Assembly: GCA_963662575.1 (NCBI GenBank)
Contig: OY759723.1
Coordinates: 2,696,340-2,760,339, forward strand
DNA: 64,000 nt
Direction: 5' to 3'
Source of the DNA: Caldilineaceae bacterium
GTDB lineage: Bacteria; Chloroflexota; Anaerolineae; Caldilineales; Caldilineaceae
Shown: positions 1 through 8,882 of the stretch, in pieces
Layout: each line of letters starts with the position of its first letter
How positions within the stretch are numbered: the first letter of the stretch is position 1
Made by a program: the position numbers and the translations under genes
Notes under the pieces: generated by a model
Databases searched by the model: none
Seen by the model: the letters and a program-made list of their open reading frames with translations, nothing else
Told to the model about the DNA's origin: nothing

Positions 1-90
1 CATATGGCCCCCGTTCACCATATTTATGACCAGTTCCATGCTGGCGCCGTCCATGCCGATCATGATAGCGCGCCGTGCCGGGCTTTGCAT
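1..90 (-). CDS. First 30 codons of an alkaline-phosphatase / nucleotide-pyrophosphatase-superfamily protein; the gene continues beyond the window start
   Basis: Hand translation of the reverse strand gives ATG at 90-88 preceded by AAAGGAGAGAGAG. Peptide: MQSPARRAIMIGMDGASMELVINMVNGGHM. The IGxDG...EL start is typical of type I phosphodiesterase/AlkP-like proteins. It is absent from the ORF track because it is truncated. Confidence 0.4.
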   Translation of the reverse strand, partial: MQSPARRAIMIGMDGASMELVINMVNGGHM

Positions 91-527
91 CTCTCTCTCC
101 TTTAACTGGTTGCGTTTGCACTGATTGGCGGCCCGAAGTTCTGGACGGCCGCAGGTCTGTCATGCAGAAGGATAAGGACTTACATGATAACCCGCAACCG
201 GGCGGAATTCACAAAGCAGGAGGTGGGGAGTTAAGAGCTGTCGCTTCGCCTGTCGACCTCTTCTGTTTGAATGGCTCTCTGTTCACAGTCTGGCAGGCGC
301 GTGTACGCCACTGTCGTTGCCTGGCGGTTGGGCCAGTCGCAGACGGTCGAGGCGAAAGTTTCTTTGAGGACGAATCGACCCGGCGCGGGTAATCGCAGCC
401 CAGCCATCAAGTTCCCAAGGTCACGGTTCAGACAGTCGACCCAACGCTTATGCAAGCGCAACTGTGGCGGCGGGGCCAACCAAAGGCGGCAAAGACGGGT
501 TGCCGCAAACCATGTTGGAAAAAGTGA

Positions 528-557
528 TTGGACACTGCACGATTTAGCATTTATCAT
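528..557 (+). promoter_or_regulatory. Weak sigma70-like promoter candidate (TTGGAC-N18-TATCAT) about 60 nt upstream of the 617 start
   Basis: Motif read directly in the 526-nt divergent intergenic region; no other support. Confidence 0.2.
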
Positions 558-616
558 GCCAACGGAAAACTACATCCAGACCCGCGGCTTGCGGGCACAC
601 CCGAAAAGATAGCCAC

Positions 617-1621
617 ATGAGATCCGTAATCTGCGTCCACGAGCGCTTTGACGCCGACTGGCCATTCGTGGCCGACTTCTGGCAGGAGCGCTGGCAGAGC
701 AGCGGCTGTGAACTTTACCGCACGGAGGAGCCGGACGGACGTGCGCCGCAACTCGTGCCGGACCCAGCTTCAGTGCAGCGCCTGATCCTGCTCGGCCTGC
801 CCGCGGGCAGCGATGACCTTGCGTCCTTTAGTGCGCTTGAGGAGTGCTTCCACAGCTCCTACCGCGACCTGCCGAAAGCTGGACTCGAAGAGGCGGCCGC
901 ACGCGGCGTACACATCGTGCCCCACCGTCCCGAGCTATACTGGGGCCAATCCGTGTCCGAGTACGGCCTGGCCCTTACGCTTGCCGGGCTACGCCGCATT
1001 CCCCAGCTCTACGCCGCGATGATGAAGAGCCATGTGCCCTGGAAATACAGACCGGCCGTTGGCAGACCTGGGCAACGGGGCAGCCAGTTTGGCGATGACG
1101 ACCGGTTTAGCAGCGGTACTCTGGGTGGTAAACGGGTACGCATCGTCGGCGCAGGCAATATCGGCGCCCGTTACGCCTCCTTTTGTGTCGCGATTGGCGC
1201 CGACGTTGCCATCTGGGACCCGTTTGCTCCTGATGCCACTTTTGCCGCGGCTGGCGCAAGACGCTGCTTTCATGTGGCGGAACTTGTGAAAGATGCTGAT
1301 GTCTTCGTGCCGATGGTGCCTCTGAAGGAGGATACGCGCGGGTTGATCGGGAAGGACTTGATCGAAGCCTTGCCGCACGGTTGTCTGGTGGTACAGGTAA
1401 CGCGGGCACTCATCTGTGATACCGAAACGCTCTATCGTCGCGTTCTGAACGATGAACTGGCGCTGGCTGCCGATGTTTTTGACATCGAGCCTGTGCCGCT
1501 GGACAGTCCTCTGCTCGGGCGTCACAACGTGGTTCACACGCCGCATAACGCCGGTCGCACGATTGACGCCAATCGGGCCTGGGTGGACGATCAGATTGCG
1601 CGTTTCAAACCACGTCCTTAA
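617..1621 (+). CDS. D-isomer-specific 2-hydroxyacid dehydrogenase family (glyoxylate/hydroxypyruvate-reductase-like), NAD(P)-binding
   Basis: GKRVRIVGAGNIGARYA Rossmann motif; C-terminal HTPHNAGRT catalytic-His motif; 334 aa, typical length. Confidence 0.8.
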   Translation: MRSVICVHERFDADWPFVADFWQERWQSSGCELYRTEEPDGRAPQLVPDPASVQRLILLGLPAGSDDLASFSALEECFHSSYRDLPKAGLEEAAARGVHIVPHRPELYWGQSVSEYGLALTLAGLRRIPQLYAAMMKSHVPWKYRPAVGRPGQRGSQFGDDDRFSSGTLGGKRVRIVGAGNIGARYASFCVAIGADVAIWDPFAPDATFAAAGARRCFHVAELVKDADVFVPMVPLKEDTRGLIGKDLIEALPHGCLVVQVTRALICDTETLYRRVLNDELALAADVFDIEPVPLDSPLLGRHNVVHTPHNAGRTIDANRAWVDDQIARFKPRP

Positions 1622-1657
1622 GGGATAATTGCCCGTCCATGCCGCGTACGAGAAGGA

Positions 1658-3826
1658 ATGATGAATCCACTGGAATCGGAGTGCCTCGCTTCCTTCGCGG
1701 AAAACTTGCAGAACGACTTCTCAGCGCACATTGGGCGCGGCGAAGCAGAGGCCGCCGAATTGGACCGGTTGCGCGATGCACTGCGCGACACGCTCGACCT
1801 GGGAATTTATGCGCGCGAGGGTATCGAGTGGTACCGGAGCGCCTACGTTGAGGCCTTTCTGTTCATGTACGATACTTCCTTCTATGATCGTGAGGAAGGA
1901 CGTTACCGTATCGACGAGATCCTCGACGACGGCGAGCGCGAGTTCGGCGGGTACGACATTATCCTGCTGTGGCAGTCCTATCCCCGGCTTGGCATTGACA
2001 GCCGCAACCAGATCGATTACTACCGCGACATGCCGGGCGGCTTGCAGGGGCTGCGCGAGGTGGTTGACCGTGCGCATGCGCGCGGCGTGCGCGTCTTCGT
2101 CAACTATAATCCCTGGGACATCGGCACGCGCCGCGAGCCGGGCGCGCCGCCTTATACCGATGCCAGGGGATATCGCGGGAGGTTCCCTGACACCAACGCG
2201 CCCGCGGTGGCCGACGCCGAGGCTCTCGGTGAGGTGATCGAAGCGATCGGTGCGGACGGCGTCTTTCTCGATACGATGGCCTCGGACGACCAGGGGTTTC
2301 GGGCGCCGATGGAGCGGGCCAACCCCAATGTCGTCTTCAACCCGGAGGCCGTGCCCCCGCTCGACGCCCTTTCCTCGATCGCTGGCAGTTGGCTGCAGCG
2401 CAAAACCGCTGTCCCGCCAGACCTATTGACCATCCGCTGGGTGGAGCCGCGCTTCTCCTTTCGAGCTATTGACCGCAACGCCCACGAACACGGCGACATC
2501 ATCCAGAAGGCCTTTTTCCACGGCTGCGGGCAGGTCGTTTGGGAGAACGTCTTCGGCTGGTGGAACCCCTGGCCTGAGGAAGATCGTGCACTGCTGCGTC
2601 GTTGTGTCCGTCTCTTGCGCCAGTACTCGGACGCGTTCCAGGACCAGGGATGGCAGCCCTATGTCGCCACTGAGGTGGAGGGCGTGTACGCGCACCGCTG
2701 GCAAAGCGGTGATCAGGTACTGCATACGTTGATCAACGAGACAGGCGGTCTTGTCGACGGCCCGCTGTTGCGTGCGCCCGCGGCCGCGCCTGACGGCCGC
2801 CCTATGCGCCACTACGACCTATGGAATGGCACAGAAATCGAACCCGATCCGCTAGGTGACGCGCATCTGCTTTCGCTTTCTATGGCCAGCGGCGCGGCGG
2901 GATGTATCGTTTCGGCTCCTGAGGGCATAGACATAGACCTACGATCCGGGTTGGAGGAACCGAAGAAGGAAGGACCCGACGGTATTGACCGCAGGCGCGT
3001 CGGTCTTGCCGACCTGACTCTACGTCCGGTCGGGGCATCGCGCCCGGTCGCGGCTGGTGAAGAACCGGAGGAGATGTGCCAGGTACCTGCGGGCCCCTTC
3101 ATTTTCGGCGTGCGTCACAACAATCGCACGGCGATGGAAGGCGCCTGCTACGGTAAAATGGACCAGCTCTGGGACAAGTACCATCCCAGGGACTTCATCG
3201 ACTTACAAGAATACTGGATCGATCGTACCGAGGTCACGAACGCCTCCTACAGCGCATTTCTCGAACAGACCCGCTACCTGCCGCGCGACCTCACCAACTT
3301 CCTGCGCCACTGGCACAAGCCGGCCGGCAGCGAACGAGAGCCTTGGACATGGAGCCCGCCCGCCGGCAAAGAGCGGCATCCCGTCATCTGGGTGGACCTG
3401 GACGATGCCCGCGCTTACGCGGGCTGGGCGGGCAAACGGCTGCCGCGCGAGGAGGAATGGCAGAAGGCGGCGGGATTTGCCGTGTGGCCCTGGGGTGACG
3501 GCTTTGACCCCTCCCTTTGCAATAGCGGCAGCGACGATACAACCCCTGTCGACCAGTTCCCGGGCGGCGCCAGTTACGTCGGTTGCCTCGATTTGGCCGG
3601 CAATGTCTGGGAGTGGACCGAAAGCGAACGCGACGACGGCCATACGCGCTACGCCATCATCCGCGGGGGCAGCTACTTGAAAATTGAAGGCAGTATCTGG
3701 TACAACGCCAGCGGCGCGCAGCCCAACGACTGCCACGAGAAGATACTGCTGATGTACCCGGGTTTGGACCGCTGCGGCACGGTCGGCTTCCGCTGCGTTA
3801 AGGATGCCGCCCCATCCGCATCGTAG
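1658..3826 (+). CDS. Fusion protein: N-terminal glycoside-hydrolase-like (TIM-barrel-like) region plus C-terminal FGE/SUMF1-fold domain lacking the FGE catalytic cysteines
   Basis: The C-terminal ~240 aa carry WVDLDDARAYAGWAGKRLPREEEWQKAA, GNVWEWTE and RGGSY (FGE-sulfatase fold). The N-terminal part has VFVNYNPWD and GADGVFLDTM strand-like motifs. No signal peptide. Confidence 0.7.
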   Translation: MMNPLESECLASFAENLQNDFSAHIGRGEAEAAELDRLRDALRDTLDLGIYAREGIEWYRSAYVEAFLFMYDTSFYDREEGRYRIDEILDDGEREFGGYDIILLWQSYPRLGIDSRNQIDYYRDMPGGLQGLREVVDRAHARGVRVFVNYNPWDIGTRREPGAPPYTDARGYRGRFPDTNAPAVADAEALGEVIEAIGADGVFLDTMASDDQGFRAPMERANPNVVFNPEAVPPLDALSSIAGSWLQRKTAVPPDLLTIRWVEPRFSFRAIDRNAHEHGDIIQKAFFHGCGQVVWENVFGWWNPWPEEDRALLRRCVRLLRQYSDAFQDQGWQPYVATEVEGVYAHRWQSGDQVLHTLINETGGLVDGPLLRAPAAAPDGRPMRHYDLWNGTEIEPDPLGDAHLLSLSMASGAAGCIVSAPEGIDIDLRSGLEEPKKEGPDGIDRRRVGLADLTLRPVGASRPVAAGEEPEEMCQVPAGPFIFGVRHNNRTAMEGACYGKMDQLWDKYHPRDFIDLQEYWIDRTEVTNASYSAFLEQTRYLPRDLTNFLRHWHKPAGSEREPWTWSPPAGKERHPVIWVDLDDARAYAGWAGKRLPREEEWQKAAGFAVWPWGDGFDPSLCNSGSDDTTPVDQFPGGASYVGCLDLAGNVWEWTESERDDGHTRYAIIRGGSYLKIEGSIWYNASGAQPNDCHEKILLMYPGLDRCGTVGFRCVKDAAPSAS

Positions 3827-3888
3827 GTAGAGGAGAAGAGTTTGGAAGCCGGGCTCCTCGCAGTTCCCATTTCAGTTAAGGAGCGAAG

Positions 3889-4758
3889 ATGACGACCGAC
3901 CTGACACCGGAAGCGCGCATGGCACAACTCACGCAGAATGGCTTCTGCGTCATCGAAAAGGTGGCCGACAGGTGGCTCATGGACAGGACGCGGGCCTGCG
4001 TAGACAAGGCCCTGGCCGAAGTTGACCCCGAACGACTGGCCAAAACCAAGTCCCCCGGCAGCCTGATCGACTCCAACAACTACCCTGAGCTGGCCGATCT
4101 GATAGGCAACCCGCGCGCGCTGGCCGAACTCGACCGCATGGGCGTGAAGGACATTAGGTTCTGGAAGGCGGTGATTATCAGCAAGCCGCCGGGCGGCCCC
4201 CGACTCTACTGGCACCAGGACTGCCTGATGTGGCAGGACCCGCGCGCCTACAGTGACAGGCCGCCGATGATCTTCCTGATGTACTACATGGAGGACACGA
4301 CGCGACAGAACGGCTGCCTGCGCCTTTTGCCCGGCACCCACCGCTACCGTCACATCCTTCACGACATGGGGGAGGCGCACACCAGAGAGATCAACCGCAT
4401 CGACGACCCGGACGACCCGCGTTTCCGCGACTATCCCGGCGAGGTCGATGTGCCGGTCAAGGCGGGGGATGTGGTGGTTGGCGACGCGCGCATGTTCCAC
4501 TCGGCGCACACAAACCTTTCTGACGATAAACGGACGGTGATCACCATCTGGTTTCACCCGTTCTATACCGACCTGCAGGAGCCGACGCAGAGTTGGATCC
4601 ACGACTACATGCACAGGCAGCACGCCAACTGGCCGCAGGAGGCGCTGGCCAAGATCGAGCCGCTCATCCCCGACTATCGCGGCGGGGTCGCGCCGATGGA
4701 GCAGAATCGAATGCCTGATGAGCGCTTGCGCTGGCCCGAGACGGTGGCAGCCGGCTAG
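3889..4758 (+). CDS. Phytanoyl-CoA dioxygenase (PhyH) family Fe(II)/2-oxoglutarate dioxygenase
   Basis: LYWHQDCLMWQD (HxD), PGTHRY, distal His in FHSAHTN; AAGGAG RBS before the ATG. Confidence 0.8.
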   Translation: MTTDLTPEARMAQLTQNGFCVIEKVADRWLMDRTRACVDKALAEVDPERLAKTKSPGSLIDSNNYPELADLIGNPRALAELDRMGVKDIRFWKAVIISKPPGGPRLYWHQDCLMWQDPRAYSDRPPMIFLMYYMEDTTRQNGCLRLLPGTHRYRHILHDMGEAHTREINRIDDPDDPRFRDYPGEVDVPVKAGDVVVGDARMFHSAHTNLSDDKRTVITIWFHPFYTDLQEPTQSWIHDYMHRQHANWPQEALAKIEPLIPDYRGGVAPMEQNRMPDERLRWPETVAAG

Positions 4759-4859
4759 CCGCAAAGCGCCTGCATCGGAGGACCATGCCCGGCGTCCCCG
4801 CGATTTTCATCGGGCTGACAGGACATGTACAAACTCCCAACCCTCCCCAGGAGATAGAG

Positions 4860-5651
4860 ATGAAGATTCTTATCACCGGCATCACCGGCAAGATTGGCCG
4901 CTACCTGGCGCCGTTACTTGCCCGCGACCATGAGGTCTCTGGCATTGACATTCTCCCCTCGGACTGGCCCAGTTCTACCCAGGCCGACCTCTGCGACGCC
5001 GACGCGCTGCCGCCCGTCTTCGAGGGCATGGACGTGGTCATCCATCTGGCTGCCGACCCCCGCCACGAGGTCGAGATCGGCTGGGATGAGCTGACCAACC
5101 CCAACCTGATCGCCACGGCCAGAATGTACGACGCGGCTCACGATGCCGGTGTGGGGAGGGTCATCTTCGCGAGTTCGATGCACGTCATGGGCGCATACGA
5201 GTGGGATGAGCCGTACTTCTCCATCCTTTGCGGCCGCCACGACGGCCTGGACCCGGCCGCCATCCCACTGGTCAAAGGGGATGATCCGGGCAGGCCGGAC
5301 AGCCGCTACGGCGCCACTAAGATATTCGGCGAGTCGTTGGGCCGCTATTACACCGAGGGCGGCAACATCGACCGCCCTGAAGAGCGTCCGATGGAGGTCA
5401 TCTGCGTCCGTCTTGGCACGCTGCCGGCCTCCGATCGTCCCGGTGGTGACTATCGCTCGCTGGTGAGCTGGTTCAGTTATCGCGATGCGGGCGGCTTCTT
5501 TCGGGCCTGCGTTGAGCGGCCTGGCATCAGCTATGAGATCATCTACGGCGCGTCCAACAATAAGTGGAAAATTTACGACACGCCCTACGCGTGGGAGCTG
5601 CTGGACTTCATGCCCGTCGACAGGGCGGAAGACCACTGGCGCAAAGAGTAA
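4860..5651 (+). CDS. Short NAD(P)-dependent SDR (epimerase/dehydratase-like), cassette copy 1
   Basis: MKILITGITGKIG (GxxGxxG) and SRYGATK (YxxxK). The true ATG at 4860 follows CAGGAGA; the upstream extension of ORF 4785 was rejected. Confidence 0.85.
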   Translation: MKILITGITGKIGRYLAPLLARDHEVSGIDILPSDWPSSTQADLCDADALPPVFEGMDVVIHLAADPRHEVEIGWDELTNPNLIATARMYDAAHDAGVGRVIFASSMHVMGAYEWDEPYFSILCGRHDGLDPAAIPLVKGDDPGRPDSRYGATKIFGESLGRYYTEGGNIDRPEERPMEVICVRLGTLPASDRPGGDYRSLVSWFSYRDAGGFFRACVERPGISYEIIYGASNNKWKIYDTPYAWELLDFMPVDRAEDHWRKE

Positions 5652-5701
5652 CCGACATCGCCCCGCCTACACCGCGGCGCAACACGGGAGGACAACCGAT
5701 C

Positions 5702-6598
5702 ATGACAGTTGGAGAAGGCGATTTTCGCTACGAACTGGACGATTCCTGGCCGATACTGCCAGAAGGATGGTCGCTCGGCTCTGTGCCCGATCTGGCGATC
5801 GATTCGCGGGATCGCGTCTTTGTCTTCTGCCGCCATAAACATCCCGTCGTCGCCTTTGAGGCGGAGACCGGGAAATTCATCACCTCCTGGGGTGAAAATG
5901 AATTCACTGAGCCGCACGGCATCTTCATCGACGCCGACGACTACGTGTGGGTCACCGACCGGCAGGAGCACGTGGTCACCAAGCACACGCAGCATGGTGA
6001 GAAACTGCTCGAACTGGGCCGCCGCGGCTGGGCCATGATGACGGTGACGCCCTACGGCACCTCCTTGGACCCGCCCTTCAACATGCCGGCCGGCGTGGCC
6101 ACCGCCGAGGACGGTTGCATCTTCGCGGCCGACGGCTACGGCAACCGCCAGGTCCACCGCTTTTCCGCGGAGGGCGAGCTGGAAGTGTCGTGGGGGACGT
6201 CCGGCCTGGAGCCGGGCCAGTTCGCGCTGGTACACAATATCGGCATCGACACGCAAGGCCGGGTTCTTATCTGCGACCGCGAGGCCAACCGCATCCAGCT
6301 CTTCGATCGCGATGGGAATTTCATTACTATGTTTGAAGATGTACACCGGCCTGGCGACGTGTACTGCAGCCCCGACCAGTTCGTCTATGTCGCCGAACAG
6401 GGCAGCGCATTTGGCAAGGGGCCTCTCCCCTGCGGCATCTCCATCTTCCATGAATCGGGCGAGCTGGTCTGCCGCTTCCGCGGCCCCGAAACTGGACTGC
6501 GCATGCCGCACGGCATCTGGTGTGATTCGAAAGGAAACATCTTTGTGGCCGAGCTGGGCGAAGAAGGCAACCGTGCGCGCAAGTTTGTCAAAGTGTGA
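5702..6598 (+). CDS. NHL-repeat six-bladed beta-propeller resembling peptidyl-alpha-hydroxyglycine alpha-amidating lyase (PAL), cassette copy 1
   Basis: Motifs PHGIFID, DGYGNRQVHRF, PGQFALVHNIGID, CDREANRIQLF and MPHGIWCD. ATG at 5702 inside ORF 5564. No signal peptide. Confidence 0.75.
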   Translation: MTVGEGDFRYELDDSWPILPEGWSLGSVPDLAIDSRDRVFVFCRHKHPVVAFEAETGKFITSWGENEFTEPHGIFIDADDYVWVTDRQEHVVTKHTQHGEKLLELGRRGWAMMTVTPYGTSLDPPFNMPAGVATAEDGCIFAADGYGNRQVHRFSAEGELEVSWGTSGLEPGQFALVHNIGIDTQGRVLICDREANRIQLFDRDGNFITMFEDVHRPGDVYCSPDQFVYVAEQGSAFGKGPLPCGISIFHESGELVCRFRGPETGLRMPHGIWCDSKGNIFVAELGEEGNRARKFVKV

Positions 6599-6794
6599 AG
6601 CGAGTAGGTGCGAAGCGCGGGCTGTCAATAGCATGAGAGCGCCGCTTCCCCTGTCGAAAAAAGCGATCTGGCGGTCGCGACGGGGGGAGGACGGAATTGC
6701 TATCTGCTGGTCCTGACCTTCGTTGGCGAATCCAAAATGATATCGCAAGAAACCGGCATATAAATAGGATGATACGCCCACCAGGAGACAATCT

Positions 6795-7586
6795 ATGAAA
6801 ATTCTACTCACCGGCATCAGCGGTACAGTCGGCAGCTTGCTGGCGCCCGAACTTGGTCGCGACCACGAAGTGTCCGGCGTGGACCTGCGTCCCTCCGACT
6901 GGCCGAACGCGACGCAGGCCGACCTCTGCGACCCGGACGCCCTGCCCCCCATCTTCGAAGGCATCGACGTAGTCGTCCACCTGGCCGCTGACCCGCGGCA
7001 CGAGGTCGAAATCGGCTGGGAAGAGCTCACCAACCCGAATCTGATCGCCACCGCGCGCATGTACGACGCTGCCCATGACGCGGGCGTGCGTCGGGTCATC
7101 TTCGTCAGCTCGATGCACACAATGGGCGGTTACGAGTTTGACGAGCCTTACTTGTCGATCGTTTCCGGCCGCGTGGACGGCCTCGACCCGGCCTCCATTC
7201 CCCTGGTCAAGGGCGATGACCCGGCCAGGCCGGACAGCCGCTACGGGGCGACCAAGATATTCGGCGAGTCCCTGGGCCGCTACTATACCGAGGGCGGCAA
7301 CATCGACCGCCCTGACGAGCGCCCGATGGAGGTCATCTGTGTACGGCTTGGAACGTTGCCCCGGTCCAACCGGCCTGAAAAGGACTACCGTTCGCTGGTG
7401 AGCTGGTTCAGCCGGCGCGACGCGGTCGGCTACTTCCGGGCCTGCGTTGAGCAACCCGGCATCAACTATGAGATTATCTACGGTGCATCCAACAATACGT
7501 GGAAAATCTATGACACACCCTACGCCTACAATCTGTTGAATTTCGTTCCTCAAGACAACGCTTCAGAACACTGGGGCAAGGAATAA
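6795..7586 (+). CDS. Short NAD(P)-dependent SDR (epimerase/dehydratase-like), cassette copy 2
   Basis: Paralog of 4860-5651 with the same GxxGxxG and YxxxK motifs. Confidence 0.85.
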   Translation: MKILLTGISGTVGSLLAPELGRDHEVSGVDLRPSDWPNATQADLCDPDALPPIFEGIDVVVHLAADPRHEVEIGWEELTNPNLIATARMYDAAHDAGVRRVIFVSSMHTMGGYEFDEPYLSIVSGRVDGLDPASIPLVKGDDPARPDSRYGATKIFGESLGRYYTEGGNIDRPDERPMEVICVRLGTLPRSNRPEKDYRSLVSWFSRRDAVGYFRACVEQPGINYEIIYGASNNTWKIYDTPYAYNLLNFVPQDNASEHWGKE

Positions 7587-7600
7587 CAGGAGGTCTACCA

Positions 7601-8479
7601 ATGCTGACCGTTGGACATGGCGATTTTCGCTTCCAGCAGGACGATACCTGGCCCACTCTGCCAGAAGGGTGGATTATGGATCATCCTTCCGGTATTGCGG
7701 TTGATTCGCACGATCGGGTCTATGTATTTAATCGCAACAAGCACCCAATGATCGTCTTCGAGGCCGACACTGGTGAGTTTGTTACATCCTGGGGCGAAGG
7801 CGAATTCAAGGAGCCGCACGGCATCTTCATCGACGACGAAGACCATGTTTGGACCACTGACCGCAATGACCACACCGTCGTCAAGTACACGCGCTACGGC
7901 GAGAATCTGCTCGAACTGGGCACGCGCGGCTGGGCCAATATGACGGTAACGCCGCAGGGCACGACGCTCGATCCGCCGTTCAACATGCCGGCCGGCGTAG
8001 CCATCGCCGAGGACGGCTGCATCTTTGTTGCCGACGGTTATGGCAACCGGCAGGTTCATCGTTTCTCAGCGGGAGGCGAATTGGAGCTCTCGTGGGGAAC
8101 GTCGGGGACGGAGCCGGGTCAGTTCGCGCTGGTGCATAACATCGGCATCGACACGCAGGGGAGAGTACTGGTATGTGACAGGGCAAACCATCGCATTCAG
8201 TTTTTCGACCACGAAGGGCAGTTCATTCAGATCTGGGACGATGTCCAAGCACCAGGCGGTGTCTACTGCAGTCCCGAGGGCGTGATCTACGTCGCCGAAC
8301 AGGGCGGTGGTGGTTCCGTCTCGATCTTCAGTGAAGACGGCGAACTGATTTGCCGCTTTACCGGCGAGAAAGCCGGCCTGCGCGGTGTGCACAGCGTCTG
8401 GATCGATTCGAAGAAGAACCTCTTCATTTCGGAGCTGAGTCACCACGGTCATTGTGTGCAGAGATATGCCAAGATCTAA
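7601..8479 (+). CDS. PAL-like NHL beta-propeller, cassette copy 2 (most diverged copy)
   Basis: PHGIFID, DGYGNRQVHRF, VHNIGID and DRANHRIQFF are retained, but the last motif is GVHSVWID instead of MPHGIWCD. 292 aa. AGGAGG RBS. Confidence 0.75.
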   Translation: MLTVGHGDFRFQQDDTWPTLPEGWIMDHPSGIAVDSHDRVYVFNRNKHPMIVFEADTGEFVTSWGEGEFKEPHGIFIDDEDHVWTTDRNDHTVVKYTRYGENLLELGTRGWANMTVTPQGTTLDPPFNMPAGVAIAEDGCIFVADGYGNRQVHRFSAGGELELSWGTSGTEPGQFALVHNIGIDTQGRVLVCDRANHRIQFFDHEGQFIQIWDDVQAPGGVYCSPEGVIYVAEQGGGGSVSIFSEDGELICRFTGEKAGLRGVHSVWIDSKKNLFISELSHHGHCVQRYAKI

Positions 8480-8824
8480 CTGCGGGAAGTGCCGAGCCAG
8501 CCAGTCGGCATCCTGAGAGCGCGGCCTCCTACTGTTGAGCGAAGCTATGGCAGACCGAGATGGGGGGGTTGCCCCGCCTGACCAGGCAGGGGTGAGACGG
8601 AAACGCGCCCGCACTTTGCAGACACGCCAGACCTATCTATCTCGCAGGCAATGCGGGGTCGTGAATGTGCCAGAATCCCAAGAGTCCTGGCTCAGGCTAC
8701 GGCTGCACGACGCATCCGGAGACAGCCTCTGCATCGCAGCCGATCCGCCGGCAGATGGCGCACACGCCCAGAGACAGAAAGTGACTCACCGCCCCATATT
8801 GGGTATATGGTATTTTTCGCGCGC

Positions 8825-8853
8825 TTGACATCGCTGTAATTCCTATGGATAAT
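8825..8853 (+). promoter_or_regulatory. Near-consensus sigma70-like promoter (TTGACA-N17-GATAAT) about 30 nt upstream of cassette copy 3
   Basis: Read directly in the 403-nt spacer between copy 2 and copy 3. Confidence 0.4.
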
Positions 8854-8882
8854 TCACTCAAAACCCCCTGCAGGAGACAGTC

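Noticed and set aside
91-616. Cobalamin riboswitch, suggested by a GCCACTG string near 305-315
   Set aside because: The other conserved blocks (GGGAA / GGUGNAAAUCC / B12-box AGYCMGG..CCKGCC) are absent on either strand.
3100-3826. Annotation as a genuine formylglycine-generating enzyme (sulfatase maturase)
   Set aside because: The fold motifs are present, but the catalytic Cys pair expected right after RGGSY is replaced (RGGSYLKIEGSIWY). No sulfatase gene is nearby.
4785-4859. N-terminal extensions given by the ORF track (also 5564-5701, 25104-25157, 37198-37254, 38204-38326, 45965-46006, 47301-47378, 52085-52174, 54756-54860)
   Set aside because: In each case an internal ATG (or TTG) with a good Shine-Dalgarno sequence gives the canonical family N-terminus or signal peptide. 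The extension either overlaps the upstream gene or is Arg/Pro-rich.
5585-7120. 511-aa ORF on the minus strand spanning propeller copy 1, the spacer and SDR copy 2
   Set aside because: It lies antisense to two genes with strong family motifs. The translation is Arg/Ala/Gly-rich with no motif, which is typical of a shadow ORF in GC-rich DNA.
8535-8828. 97-aa ORF in the spacer between cassette copies 2 and 3
   Set aside because: It has a TTG start immediately after a CCTCCT (anti-RBS) string, an Arg-rich translation, and no similarity to the other inter-unit spacer.
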